64,000 bases of DNA, from positions 64,001 to 128,000 of the IMG/VR virus record IMGVR_UViG_3300021426_000063; one strand, 5' to 3'. The notes below the pieces were generated by a model that was given only the letters and a program-made list of their open reading frames with translations, did no database searches and was not told the origin of the DNA. Origin of the DNA: a virus. Its lineage: Duplodnaviria; Caudoviricetes. Numbering within the stretch: position 1 is the first letter of the stretch; the number at the start of each line of letters is the position of its first letter. Positions 30,731 to 40,881 of the stretch are shown piece by piece. The translations under genes and the position numbers were made by a program.

Positions 30731-32500
30731 TTAGTCAACATTCTTATACTTTGATAAGTCAACCTCATGTCCATAGAATGCCTCAATCACACCAGCAACC
30801 TTACAAGCATCCTCAAATGGGATAACATCATTGCTGAAATAAGCATAATTCTCTTTACATTCTATGAGTTCATTACCATTGTAACTCAATGTCCAGGTAT
30901 CCTTACCTTCATCAAGACCTTCAATCTTCCAGTTGTCATTCTCATATACTGACTGTTTACCCTGGATGTATCTTGTGATGAGTTTCTTCAAACCACAAAG
31001 TCTGATGTTCTCACCTTCTTCAATAGTATTACTCTCATTAATCATAACACTCTCATCAACCTTCTCTACAGGAACATCAAAATTTGTTGTATTATCTGTA
31101 AGGATGAATGATCCTTCAACAACAACTGCCTTATCAGAAATCCTGTGAAGGAATTTACTACCACCAATTGCAATGTTGATATTAATATTGTCATTGACAG
31201 TCTTCAAAACAACAAGTTCATTCTTGTAGATTGTACCATTGAACCTGATGTTCATCTCTATCATAGGATCTCCCTTTCTCATACCAGAGAGTTCCATCTT
31301 ATAAGTAACACCATTGAATACAAATGATACATCATCATCCTTTGCATTGACTGAACTACACTGGAGTTCTGTGAATGTCTTATTGTCATCAAACTTCATA
31401 GCAGCATCAACACCATCACCCAAATCCTTGAAAGTGACTGTCTCATACTTACCAATCTGGTCTGAATCATACTTGGTGTACTTGAAGTCCTTGAACATAT
31501 CCATCAATGTACCAACTACATCATCGCCGGCAGCAGTGGTGATACCCTTTGTACCTGGTGATGAGTTAACCTCAATAACATAAGACTGCTTGGTCCTGGA
31601 ATCCATAATGAGGTCAACACCAGCCCATCTACAACCTGTGGCCTTTGCTGCCATCTTTGCAATCTTCTCCTGTTCAGATGTAAGGTGACCCTTCTCTGCT
31701 GTTGAACCAAGTGAATAATTACTTCTGAAATCACCAGCAAGCTGATTCCTCTGCATACAACCAATAATCTCAAAGTTCTCAATACCTGGAGTCATTCTTT
31801 CAAATCCCTTATAGAGAACATGTACACGGAGGTCATAATCTGAATTGATCTTCTCTTGAAGAAGAATATCTGCCTTTGGTACAAGAGCAAAAATGGCCTG
31901 AAGAACAGATTTCAATGAAATCATCGAATCAATCTGAGCAACACCAATACCCTGTGTACCCTTTGTAATCTTAATGATAAGAGGGAAACCACCACCAACA
32001 GCAGAAACCTTGTCTTCAAGTTTGTTCATTGAAGAGTTGGTAACAACAGAAGTCTTTGGTGTAGGAACACCTGCTGCTTTGAGCTTCTTATAAGTGATGA
32101 ACTTATCTTCACAGTTGTCAATTGCTTCAAGGGTGTTCAATACAAAGAATCCATCATTCTGGAGTTCTGTAAGGAAATCCCTTGACTCAATGTTCTTCAA
32201 AACTGTTCTTCTTGGAACAATGATAGTGTTATTTGGGTTGAGGGTGAAGGTCTTTTTAGTTTCACCATTCTCAACCACATTATAATTATCATCAGCACCC
32301 TTTGAGATAGTTGAAGAAGAAGGATCAATAGTAACCATATTCAATCCTGCTTTCCTTGCAGCATCCTCAAAGAAAAACATTGAATTAGAACTCTTTGTAG
32401 TCTTTTCTGCCCTTGATGACAAGAAAACAACCTGGATGTTCTTTGCCTTCTTACTCTCATTAAGAGGTGCATATCCTTTACTTGAATATTTCATAATCAT
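30731..32500 (-). CDS. rimK: RimK-family ATP-grasp ligase with degenerate C-terminal protease-like domain
   Basis: DKF, VPTPKT, GTQGIGV, LLQEKI, DLRVHV, FRSNYSLG, AGVDL, EVNSSPG. Confidence 0.9.
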   Translation of the reverse strand: MIMKYSSKGYAPLNESKKAKNIQVVFLSSRAEKTTKSSNSMFFFEDAARKAGLNMVTIDPSSSTISKGADDNYNVVENGETKKTFTLNPNNTIIVPRRTVLKNIESRDFLTELQNDGFFVLNTLEAIDNCEDKFITYKKLKAAGVPTPKTSVVTNSSMNKLEDKVSAVGGGFPLIIKITKGTQGIGVAQIDSMISLKSVLQAIFALVPKADILLQEKINSDYDLRVHVLYKGFERMTPGIENFEIIGCMQRNQLAGDFRSNYSLGSTAEKGHLTSEQEKIAKMAAKATGCRWAGVDLIMDSRTKQSYVIEVNSSPGTKGITTAAGDDVVGTLMDMFKDFKYTKYDSDQIGKYETVTFKDLGDGVDAAMKFDDNKTFTELQCSSVNAKDDDVSFVFNGVTYKMELSGMRKGDPMIEMNIRFNGTIYKNELVVLKTVNDNININIAIGGSKFLHRISDKAVVVEGSFILTDNTTNFDVPVEKVDESVMINESNTIEEGENIRLCGLKKLITRYIQGKQSVYENDNWKIEGLDEGKDTWTLSYNGNELIECKENYAYFSNDVIPFEDACKVAGVIEAFYGHEVDLSKYKNVD

Positions 32501-32558
32501 TATCTATATGTTTTCAATATAGTATTTATGAAAAAAGAGTGAGACTGAATCCCACTCT

Positions 32559-32858
32559 TTATTGAAGTAAATTGTTTTCTTTACAATATTCTAAAAACTG
32601 TTCCTTATCCATAATTTGTGTCTCAAGTTCAGGTCCATAATCAAACTCATCCAACACTTCCTGTTCTGAATTCATTATCCCCCTCACATCAAGATACTTA
32701 CCATTCCTGATAAGACCACAATGAACAAGAGCATAATCTTCAATATCATAATCATAATCAGTCATCACAAATATCTTATCACCAGGTCTATAGTTATCAA
32801 GAACCCACTGATGACACTGACCATGAAGGTATTCATCATATGACAGTATATTATTCAT
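32559..32858 (-). CDS. Small putative papain/transglutaminase-fold protein
   Basis: GQCH...VHC...YLDVRG gives Cys-His-Asp order. Confidence 0.5.
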   Translation of the reverse strand: MNNILSYDEYLHGQCHQWVLDNYRPGDKIFVMTDYDYDIEDYALVHCGLIRNGKYLDVRGIMNSEQEVLDEFDYGPELETQIMDKEQFLEYCKENNLLQ

Positions 32859-33703
32859 TAAAAGAAATCTCCTCTACTTACTCCATAGTAGTTATAATAA
32901 TCTTTTATCTCTCCTTCAATGTCTTCCTTTTCATATTCATTATACAATCCCTCCCAAAACTCTTTTCCAAAATCAGGATCTTCAATGAACTCCTTTACAT
33001 CAAAACAATCATCATCATTACATACTACAATCTCAGTAGGTGTGAATATAGCATCAAAAAGTTCAACACCATATTTTACAATAGGTTCATATGATGAAAC
33101 CTTATAATCTATGACAATAGTATAATTTTGATCATTGAAATCAACATCAAACTCATAAGTTAATGTCTTATTACTATCTGGTTCTATTTCACCAGCATTC
33201 TCATCAATATTACTTTCAAAATATGACCTGATTAGTTTTGTAAATTCTTCAACATCACCAAGATTGCTCTTGAATTCTGTAAGACATCTACTGTGTATAA
33301 GTTCATCCTCCTTATCTCTCAAATGCTTTACAGCACTATCCTCTGCATACTTTGGACTATCATTGAATTCATTACCAGGGTGTCTTTCATCCCTTCTTTT
33401 CTTGAATTCCTTTTGGAAGTCATCATCCTTTGCATAATAACTCAATGTCTCTATATTACCAAGGACAAGATAAGAACCATCTTCAAGTTTTATATGATAA
33501 TGTGGTGTATCATTATCCTTGAAATTATCCAATTCATTATAATCTAATGCAACACCAAGGATTTCAGAATCATCCAAGTCATATAAAAACACATTATCAG
33601 CAGAATATTCTGGCATACCATGCTGTTGAAGTATGTCTTTCAATTTACTACTTTTAAAACTCTCATTCAAAAGTGTATATTCTTCAAATTTAAATACTTT
33701 CAT
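32858..33703 (-). CDS. Acidic hypothetical late protein with capsid-targeting-like leader
   Basis: MKVFKFEEYTLLNES; 281 aa. Confidence 0.75.
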   Translation of the reverse strand: MKVFKFEEYTLLNESFKSSKLKDILQQHGMPEYSADNVFLYDLDDSEILGVALDYNELDNFKDNDTPHYHIKLEDGSYLVLGNIETLSYYAKDDDFQKEFKKRRDERHPGNEFNDSPKYAEDSAVKHLRDKEDELIHSRCLTEFKSNLGDVEEFTKLIRSYFESNIDENAGEIEPDSNKTLTYEFDVDFNDQNYTIVIDYKVSSYEPIVKYGVELFDAIFTPTEIVVCNDDDCFDVKEFIEDPDFGKEFWEGLYNEYEKEDIEGEIKDYYNYYGVSRGDFF

Positions 33704-33718
33704 ATCTATATTAAGTTA

Positions 33719-36130
33719 TTATATTCTATTTATATTATTATATGTCCTGTCAACATAATCTCTGAAATCATCTACATAATCATAAACCTTTGCATTTGGA
33801 GAATGTACACAAGGTTCATCTTCCTTTCTGAACTTCTTGGCCTTCTTCTTTTTCTTCTTAATCTGTTTCAGGAATGTTGTATAAGGGGCAACCTGATGAT
33901 AGACTATTCCAGTTGGAGATGGAAGGTCACCAGATCCAGGTTCACCATTGGGACCTGGGAAATAAGCAGCACCCATTCCACCAACATTGGCAGGGGTTGC
34001 TCCACCTGGGACACCATCACATTCAACAATCTTCTTACCATCCATAACACCAGGTGAAAAGATTCTTTTCTTTATATATGTATCCATATCTAATCTATCC
34101 CAATTTTTCTTGATGTATTCAATTATCTTATCATAATCTCCAACATTTGTGAACAAATTCTCATCCCTTCTTTTTTCAATATACTTTATAAGACCTTCAC
34201 AATCATTCTCCTTTCTACAAGATGGTGGTGGAGGAACAATATGATTTTGTATATAATGTGCTCTTTCTCTCCTACAATACATCAATGTAAATTGATTTAA
34301 TGAATTAATCTCCTTATCAGAAAGAATTTCATCTTCAATTCTGTTATCTTCACCAGAACCCCTTCTCATCATATCTCCCCAGGCAGATTCATTCATACCA
34401 TTTTCCTTTTCTTTTTCTTCTTCTTTAATAAATCCCTCAATATCTTTCTCAATATCATCAGTCCAATGACTGTCTATGTATTTGATGATATTCACAATAT
34501 TTATATCCTCATTGAATTTGAGATGTTCCCTAACACATTTACAAAACTTCTCCCTGCTGAACTTCTCATTATCCCAAACAACCCTTATTGCAAATTCATT
34601 CATAGAATCTACAATAGCATCCATATCTGTTTGAGTTATCTCATCCTCTTTCCTTATCTGTTCACCAGAACCCCTTCTCATCATATCTCCCCAGGCAGAT
34701 TCATTGACACCTTTCTCCTTAAGATATGTTTCTATCTGTGTTTCAAAATCACTATCATTCCACATATCATCAGGATCATAATACTTCTCTTCATCAGTAA
34801 GAACCTGATTTATTTCATACATCAAATCATCCTTATATGGGTATGAATCCCACCAATCATTAAGTGTTTTTTCTATTGATTTTCCGGGTTCTTTTACAAA
34901 TCCAAGTTTTTTAATTTTTTCTTCCTCTTTGTTTATTTCTTCATTGACTTGTGATTCATAATTCTTACCTTTATTCCAATTTGCCTCAACATATATTACA
35001 ATATCTTTAACCATTTTCTTACCAACATTCTCATGAGTTTTTGAATCATACATATTATTCTTATAACTCTTACTCATAAACTCTTTGAAGTCATCAATAG
35101 AATTCTTATACAAATCCTCATATACAATTTTTTTGGCAAAACATCTAATATCAGCTTTAACACTATTAAGAAAACCTGTATCTTCTCCCCTAACTTCCTC
35201 ACCAGAACCTCTCCTCATCATATCACCCCAGGCAGATTCATTCATATTATTTTTCCTTTTGATTTGTTTTTCTAATGGTTTCTCTACCCTATCCAAAATA
35301 AAATCAAGAACTTCAATGAAGAAACTATTTGACATAGAGACTTCTGCTTGATTTTTTGGATATATGTTTACATTCTCAACCCCAAATCTATTGGTTTTTA
35401 ATTGTATCAAATATTTTTGTTTTAATTCCCTCTCACAATCAAGTAACTCAAAGACATTCTTTTGTGTTGTAATATGAGATTCATCATAGTACAAATAACT
35501 TAAATATCCAGCAGTATCTTCAAAAAGACAAATAGTCAAATAACCTTCATCAACATATATAGTAGCATCATATGGTGCTATACTTTCATAATTTGACCTC
35601 AAATAATCACATAGTTCTTCAAGTCCAAAGTTATTTATATCATCTTCTTCCCTGATTTCTTCACCAGAACCTCTTCTCATCATATCACCCCAGGCTGATT
35701 CAGTCACAAGTATATTATCAATATTATCTAAAAAGAAATCAATGACATCTATATATGTCTGATTTGTACAAGTACCATCTTTTTCTTTTATAATCCTTCT
35801 ATTTACACTAGGATTTTCTACTTTAAACCTTTCTGATAATTTATCAAAGAAAGACATACTTATTTTTTCTTTTGACCAGGATAATAAAACATGAAGTAAT
35901 CCACCATTACCATCAGGTTTTAAGATTAATGATATATTAGTTAATACATCAACATAAATTTCATTATACCAAGTCTTGTCTAAATAAAATACTTTCTTAT
36001 CATACCTGGATTTAATATAATCATAAAGACCATCCAAATCAAGAAGATTCACACCATCCTCTGTTCTGATGTTTTCACCAGAACCTCTTCTCATCATATC
36101 ACCCCAGGCTGATTCACTAATCTTTCTCAT
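33719..36130 (-). CDS. Modular polyprotein with five ESAWGDMMRRGSGE tags
   Basis: 803 aa; five tag copies separate modules of about 100-180 aa. Confidence 0.85.
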   Translation of the reverse strand: MRKISESAWGDMMRRGSGENIRTEDGVNLLDLDGLYDYIKSRYDKKVFYLDKTWYNEIYVDVLTNISLILKPDGNGGLLHVLLSWSKEKISMSFFDKLSERFKVENPSVNRRIIKEKDGTCTNQTYIDVIDFFLDNIDNILVTESAWGDMMRRGSGEEIREEDDINNFGLEELCDYLRSNYESIAPYDATIYVDEGYLTICLFEDTAGYLSYLYYDESHITTQKNVFELLDCERELKQKYLIQLKTNRFGVENVNIYPKNQAEVSMSNSFFIEVLDFILDRVEKPLEKQIKRKNNMNESAWGDMMRRGSGEEVRGEDTGFLNSVKADIRCFAKKIVYEDLYKNSIDDFKEFMSKSYKNNMYDSKTHENVGKKMVKDIVIYVEANWNKGKNYESQVNEEINKEEEKIKKLGFVKEPGKSIEKTLNDWWDSYPYKDDLMYEINQVLTDEEKYYDPDDMWNDSDFETQIETYLKEKGVNESAWGDMMRRGSGEQIRKEDEITQTDMDAIVDSMNEFAIRVVWDNEKFSREKFCKCVREHLKFNEDINIVNIIKYIDSHWTDDIEKDIEGFIKEEEKEKENGMNESAWGDMMRRGSGEDNRIEDEILSDKEINSLNQFTLMYCRRERAHYIQNHIVPPPPSCRKENDCEGLIKYIEKRRDENLFTNVGDYDKIIEYIKKNWDRLDMDTYIKKRIFSPGVMDGKKIVECDGVPGGATPANVGGMGAAYFPGPNGEPGSGDLPSPTGIVYHQVAPYTTFLKQIKKKKKKAKKFRKEDEPCVHSPNAKVYDYVDDFRDYVDRTYNNINRI
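34349..36115 (-). repeat. Five 42-bp tag repeats (34349-34390, 34661-34702, 35198-35239, 35660-35701, 36074-36115)
   Basis: GAATCWGCCTGGGGWGATATGATGAGRAGRGGTTCTGGTGAR on the minus strand, in frame. Confidence 0.95.
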
Positions 36131-36159
36131 ACTAGTATTTATGAAAAAAGGTGGGGAAA

Positions 36160-37026
36160 TTACTCCTCACCTTTCAGGATTTTATCCAATGTATTGTCTG
36201 GGATTTTGTCTATATAAATCTTCTCATAAGTACCATCATCCTTCAACCAGACAAGAACTCTATCTATAATCTTTATACCTATTGATTCAAGCATCCTCTG
36301 GTAGATATTGAACTGTAATGTATAGTGCGAAAGCGGTTCATCAATAAACTTTGACATACATCCTGTCATCATAACACCATTGGTTCTTGAAAATTCCTTT
36401 ATCAAAGACTTGTTTGTTTTCCAGTCTCCAATGACATATCCATCCTTATCGCTGTCATAGAAAAGAAGGTCACAGGTACCACAAATCTTTTCTGCCCATT
36501 CCAAATACTGTGTTGACAACTTGAACTCTGCTCCAACAGGATGGAGGTTCTTCTCCAGTTCATCATAGAACTTCTTCACAGCATCCTCCTTTGGATAGGT
36601 AGAAACCATTGTGTTATACTCCTCAATGTACTGTGGTTTGTTCTGCTCACAGATAAGTTCAGGATGACCACACAACAGATTGGTATAAGATTCTCCAAAC
36701 TCATGTGTCCTGGTACCAGAGATTGTTGCTTTCAGGTTATTGAGTTTCCAATCCCTCTGTACATCCTCTTTCCTCTTACCCCATTTGAGTGCATAATCTG
36801 TGGCCTTCTGTTCCCAGTCAACAACTGGTTCATACCTTTTTATAACATTACTTACAGGAATATATTCATCTTCACCAATGAAATACTGATGCCCTTCTTC
36901 AAGAAACTTGATATTACCAAACTTGTTTCCTATCAAATCCCTACATTCATTGACCTTATTATTCACAAGGTTCTTATCTATCACCTTCTTTTCAAAGGAG
37001 TTATTGAAAATATCATCAAAATCCAT
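36160..37026 (-). CDS. PD-(D/E)xK exonuclease
   Basis: GTRTH, GTCDLL, GDWKT, LQFNIY; start moved to MDFDD. Confidence 0.85.
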   Translation of the reverse strand: MDFDDIFNNSFEKKVIDKNLVNNKVNECRDLIGNKFGNIKFLEEGHQYFIGEDEYIPVSNVIKRYEPVVDWEQKATDYALKWGKRKEDVQRDWKLNNLKATISGTRTHEFGESYTNLLCGHPELICEQNKPQYIEEYNTMVSTYPKEDAVKKFYDELEKNLHPVGAEFKLSTQYLEWAEKICGTCDLLFYDSDKDGYVIGDWKTNKSLIKEFSRTNGVMMTGCMSKFIDEPLSHYTLQFNIYQRMLESIGIKIIDRVLVWLKDDGTYEKIYIDKIPDNTLDKILKGEE

Positions 37027-37030
37027 ATCC

Positions 37031-37300
37031 CTACAATTTACCAATTATCATTTCAGGAGTAATAACAACATACTCCACATCTTCAACCTTCATATAGATA
37101 CCTCCCATATCAGCAAAGGCAATGTGGTCTCCTTTCTTCCATTCATTTTCAAGGCCAACACTGTCGATCACACCAGTATATGGTTCTGGTATCTCATATA
37201 CATTCTTTGATTGCTGTTCAGGAAGAATCAAAGGAGAATTCTTCTCATCCTTATCCTTCACCAAAATAACAACATCATTTACTGCCTGGAACTTTATCAT
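37031..37300 (-). CDS. groES: GroES-like co-chaperonin
   Basis: AVNDVVIL, LILP, GVIDSVG, KGDHI, IIG; 89 aa. Confidence 0.8.
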   Translation of the reverse strand: MIKFQAVNDVVILVKDKDEKNSPLILPEQQSKNVYEIPEPYTGVIDSVGLENEWKKGDHIAFADMGGIYMKVEDVEYVVITPEMIIGKL

Positions 37301-38358
37301 AATCTGTCTCTATATTCAATCATTTTCTCCTGTACACTCTTCAACATCTCTTCTGTCAAATCCTGCTTTTGAAGAAAATCTTCCATATATTCATCACTAC
37401 TCTTGGCATCATTAAAATTAAATTCCCCGGTTGTATCCAGTTCCTGCATCACATTATCACCAATGGGTTGAAAACTTCTGTAACTACCCTTCAATATGGA
37501 ACATAAATCATCAAAATTACACTTTGTGATGTCACTGTTCTTCATATGAAGTTCAATCCTGTTGTTCTTCCACCTTTCTTTCAGTTCACCAACAGTCATA
37601 TTAAGAATATCATAAATGTTCTCCTTCATATATTTTGGTGTTACTGTGTTCTCAATGAACCTTGTTTCACCAGTCTTGATGTCAAGTACAGTTATACCCT
37701 TTGGATTATCCCTATCACCCCTATCCTTATGATAAGGATTTCCAATATAATGAATGTTCTTATTATCCTGTCTGATGTGGATGTGACCAGCATAAACCTG
37801 TGCAGTCTTAAAGTCTCCACCCTGAACACCACCAGAAACATTGATTTTTACACCAGACCTGTTAGATACCTGTGAACCATTGATTTCAAGATGACCAAAG
37901 ATATAATCCACATTCACCCCAGCAAGTATCTGCTTCTCCTTTTCTGGATCCTCCACCCAGGGGTTGAAAAGACAGGATTTTCCATCAATCACATCTACTT
38001 CCGGTGTATAATACACCTTCACATGTGGGATATACTTCAACATATTGATGGAAGTGATGTCATTGATAGACTTCTTCATAATATCATGGTTACCAACAGT
38101 TATCCTGATGTCATTGAAGATTGCAGAAAATTCTTCAAAAAGTTTGATTGTTCTGTATATGGTATTCAATCCAATAGTAGAACGGTTGTCAAACACATCA
38201 CCACAATGAATGAGAATATCTTCCTTCCCTGCTTCCTTCTTCATAAGAGGTATGACAACATCTTCAAAGTAACCTATATAATCATTAAGCCACTCTTCCT
38301 CATCACCCTTATATCCAAAGTGAGTATCTGCTATAAGCCAAATCTTTCTATTTCCCAT
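37297..38358 (-). CDS. Mre11/SbcD-like nuclease (T4 gp47-like)
   Basis: ADTHFG, GDVFD, GNHD, GHLE, GHIH, YIGNPY. Confidence 0.92.
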   Translation of the reverse strand: MGNRKIWLIADTHFGYKGDEEEWLNDYIGYFEDVVIPLMKKEAGKEDILIHCGDVFDNRSTIGLNTIYRTIKLFEEFSAIFNDIRITVGNHDIMKKSINDITSINMLKYIPHVKVYYTPEVDVIDGKSCLFNPWVEDPEKEKQILAGVNVDYIFGHLEINGSQVSNRSGVKINVSGGVQGGDFKTAQVYAGHIHIRQDNKNIHYIGNPYHKDRGDRDNPKGITVLDIKTGETRFIENTVTPKYMKENIYDILNMTVGELKERWKNNRIELHMKNSDITKCNFDDLCSILKGSYRSFQPIGDNVMQELDTTGEFNFNDAKSSDEYMEDFLQKQDLTEEMLKSVQEKMIEYRDRL

Positions 38359-38406
38359 ACAATAAATATAACAACAAAGGTGGTAAATTAATCACCACCT
38401 TTGTAA

Positions 38407-38676
38407 TTATTCATTGTTTAACTGTAATCTATCAAGTTCAGCTGCAATAAATGCTCCAACTTTCTTGAGGTTTTCAACATCTCCATCATTATGAAAATAC
38501 TTCAAATCAAATGGCCAATCAGATGTTGATTCACAACCCATTGCAGCCTTTAAATAAGTAAGTGCTGCCCTGAGTAATTCATTGTTCTGATATCCACAAT
38601 CATGTTGAGGAGTATATCCATGCTTGGAAATCTGCTTCTCCCTCTCCTCTGCAATAAGTTCAATACCTGTCTTCAT
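38407..38676 (-). CDS. Conserved hypothetical phage protein
   Basis: IAEEREKQ...WPF...LKKVGAFIAAELDRL. Confidence 0.75.
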   Translation of the reverse strand: MKTGIELIAEEREKQISKHGYTPQHDCGYQNNELLRAALTYLKAAMGCESTSDWPFDLKYFHNDGDVENLKKVGAFIAAELDRLQLNNE

Positions 38677-38682
38677 AATAAA

Positions 38683-39492
38683 TTAAATTAAACCCCATTC
38701 TGCAAAGGCCTCAAAGCCACCAATAGAGTCAATATATCCCTTGGCGACATTCACAATTTCAGAATATGGAATACCATTCACTTCAGTATCTCCAATAGCA
38801 CAGCAATAAGTCTGGGTCTTTCCAGTCCTCTGTGCCTCAAGGAAAGCATAGATGTTCACTGATACATCAGCCTTGGAGATGTCCTTACCATGGAGACCAC
38901 CACCAGTGACAGACCTACCCATATCAGAACCAAGTTTCCTGTTGGTTGCACCAGAATCTACATTAGGACCACCAGTCCAGTCACCAAGAGGATTCACAAT
39001 GACTGTATAATGAGGATAACTTGTCTCTAACCACTCTTTCAACATAGTAGAATCAGCATTACTCTGACAAATAATAATCTTATTGTTCTTCTCATCCAGG
39101 ATGTATTTACCATCAGTAGGATATGCATTATAGATGTCCTGTGCAATCTGACTGAGTTCCATTTCCTCACCATCAAGAGGTTCACCCTTAAAGATACCAT
39201 TGTCACCACAACGGATTGCACCATCCTGGTTTTCAGCAAGATGAACATCCTGTGGAACAGCAAGAAGGTTTACTTTCAAACCATCACCAGCAATCCTCTT
39301 GACAATAGGTTCAACATTCTCATTAGTGAATTCAAAACTTGACTCTGTAATGATAGTACAGAGACCATGTCCAATAAGCACTTCAACAGCAACCTTTGGA
39401 GTTTCCTGATTGGCATATGCAAGGTCAACAAGAGCACCAGCAATCCTGTCCGCTACTTTATCAGGATGATTAGGATTAACTTTTTCAAACAT
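38683..39492 (-). CDS. metK: S-adenosylmethionine synthetase (short phage type)
   Basis: HPDKVADRI, GDNG, DGK, GGPNVDSGATNRK, GGGLHGKDISKAD. Confidence 0.9.
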   Translation of the reverse strand: MFEKVNPNHPDKVADRIAGALVDLAYANQETPKVAVEVLIGHGLCTIITESSFEFTNENVEPIVKRIAGDGLKVNLLAVPQDVHLAENQDGAIRCGDNGIFKGEPLDGEEMELSQIAQDIYNAYPTDGKYILDEKNNKIIICQSNADSTMLKEWLETSYPHYTVIVNPLGDWTGGPNVDSGATNRKLGSDMGRSVTGGGLHGKDISKADVSVNIYAFLEAQRTGKTQTYCCAIGDTEVNGIPYSEIVNVAKGYIDSIGGFEAFAEWGLI

Positions 39493-39577
39493 ACTATATA
39501 AGATTAAAAATTAACATTCTTTTACAATCTTAAATATAACAAAACCTCATAAATATTATATCACAATTTTTTAACAA

Positions 39578-40879
39578 ATGAAGAAATTAAGTAAAATAGA
39601 TGAATCCGCCTGGGGTGATATGATGAGAAGAGGTGCAGGAGAAACCAGAAGAAGAGAAGATGGTGTCAAGGTTCACACTTGTATTGATGTAGATATCTAT
39701 CTAATAAATGTTTCTGATTCTTATTATGAAGAACTCATAAAAGAAATCCTTGATTATAATAACAGTTCTGTTGAACATAAAGTTGCAATCTTGAATACTA
39801 TAGACAAGGCATATTCTACAGAAGAAATGAAAAATATCAGGGCATTTGAAGCTCCTTATACTTATCTAATCTATGATGGAGAACATGGTACAGACCTGAT
39901 TGCTGAATTCTGGACATATGATGAGATGAAAGACTTTGACTTGGATGACTTTGAAGACAGAGTACCTGAAGAAGATTATATATCAATCTGTAAAGGTATT
40001 GCAACCAAGTTGAAAGAAGTTGGTGGAGACATTGAATACCTACCAAGATTTAAAGGTAGTTTTATTGCAACAAAATCTAATAATATATCTGATTATGATA
40101 GTGATTATGTCTTACAGTTAATTGATGAATCAGATGTATATGATTGGGAAATACAATATACTGACAAATATGGTGAAGGAAGTACTGCCACCTGCTTGGA
40201 TGATTATAAAGAAAGTATGATTGACACATTCCCTGAATTAAATGATGTTGTTTTCATCACCTGGTCATTCAACAATTATGCTTGTAACATTGGTATCCCT
40301 ATCACAGCAACAACAGTGAAGAACTTCAAGAAATATAAAGAATATACTAAAAACTGGTTTACAGTAGATGAAATTGATGAATCTGCCTGGGGTAATATGA
40401 TGAGAAGAGGTTCTGGTGAAAAAGAAAGAAGAGAGGATATCATAAACTCCAATGTGAAAGATATAAAACCTGTTGACTTGGGATTATCTGTTCTCTGGGC
40501 AGACAAGGATCTTGAAATTAATGATGAGTATGAATTTACCATTGATGAGATTGCTGATTATACACCAGATGGATGGAGAAGACCAACACAAAAAGAGGCA
40601 GATGAATTATTACATAATACTAAAAAATCAGTAGACCAAGATTTATCTCCAAAAACATTTAAGAGAATCTTCAAATTATCAAACAATGGTGTTGATCTTT
40701 ATTTCAGTTGTAAAAATCTTAAAGAAAAAGCTGAATATTGGGAACTCGATAAAGGTAATATGGATAAATATTGGAATACATTTGTTCTTGAAGAATCTGG
40801 ATCATTTGTTGCACATTCAGCATATCAAATAGCAAAACCAGATGAAAAACATAGAGTGAGATTTGTTAGAGAAAAATAA
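39578..40879 (+). CDS. Two-module SAWG-tag protein; second module DUF1566/Fib_succ_major-like
   Basis: Tags at 39602 and 40379; VDLGLSVLWAD, GWRRPT..E, VRFVRE. Confidence 0.8.
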   Translation: MKKLSKIDESAWGDMMRRGAGETRRREDGVKVHTCIDVDIYLINVSDSYYEELIKEILDYNNSSVEHKVAILNTIDKAYSTEEMKNIRAFEAPYTYLIYDGEHGTDLIAEFWTYDEMKDFDLDDFEDRVPEEDYISICKGIATKLKEVGGDIEYLPRFKGSFIATKSNNISDYDSDYVLQLIDESDVYDWEIQYTDKYGEGSTATCLDDYKESMIDTFPELNDVVFITWSFNNYACNIGIPITATTVKNFKKYKEYTKNWFTVDEIDESAWGNMMRRGSGEKERREDIINSNVKDIKPVDLGLSVLWADKDLEINDEYEFTIDEIADYTPDGWRRPTQKEADELLHNTKKSVDQDLSPKTFKRIFKLSNNGVDLYFSCKNLKEKAEYWELDKGNMDKYWNTFVLEESGSFVAHSAYQIAKPDEKHRVRFVREK

Positions 40880-40881
40880 GT

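Noticed and set aside
36160-37026. Cas4 or CRISPR function
   Set aside because: No four-Cys Fe-S pattern and no CRISPR context; best described as a generic PD-(D/E)xK exonuclease
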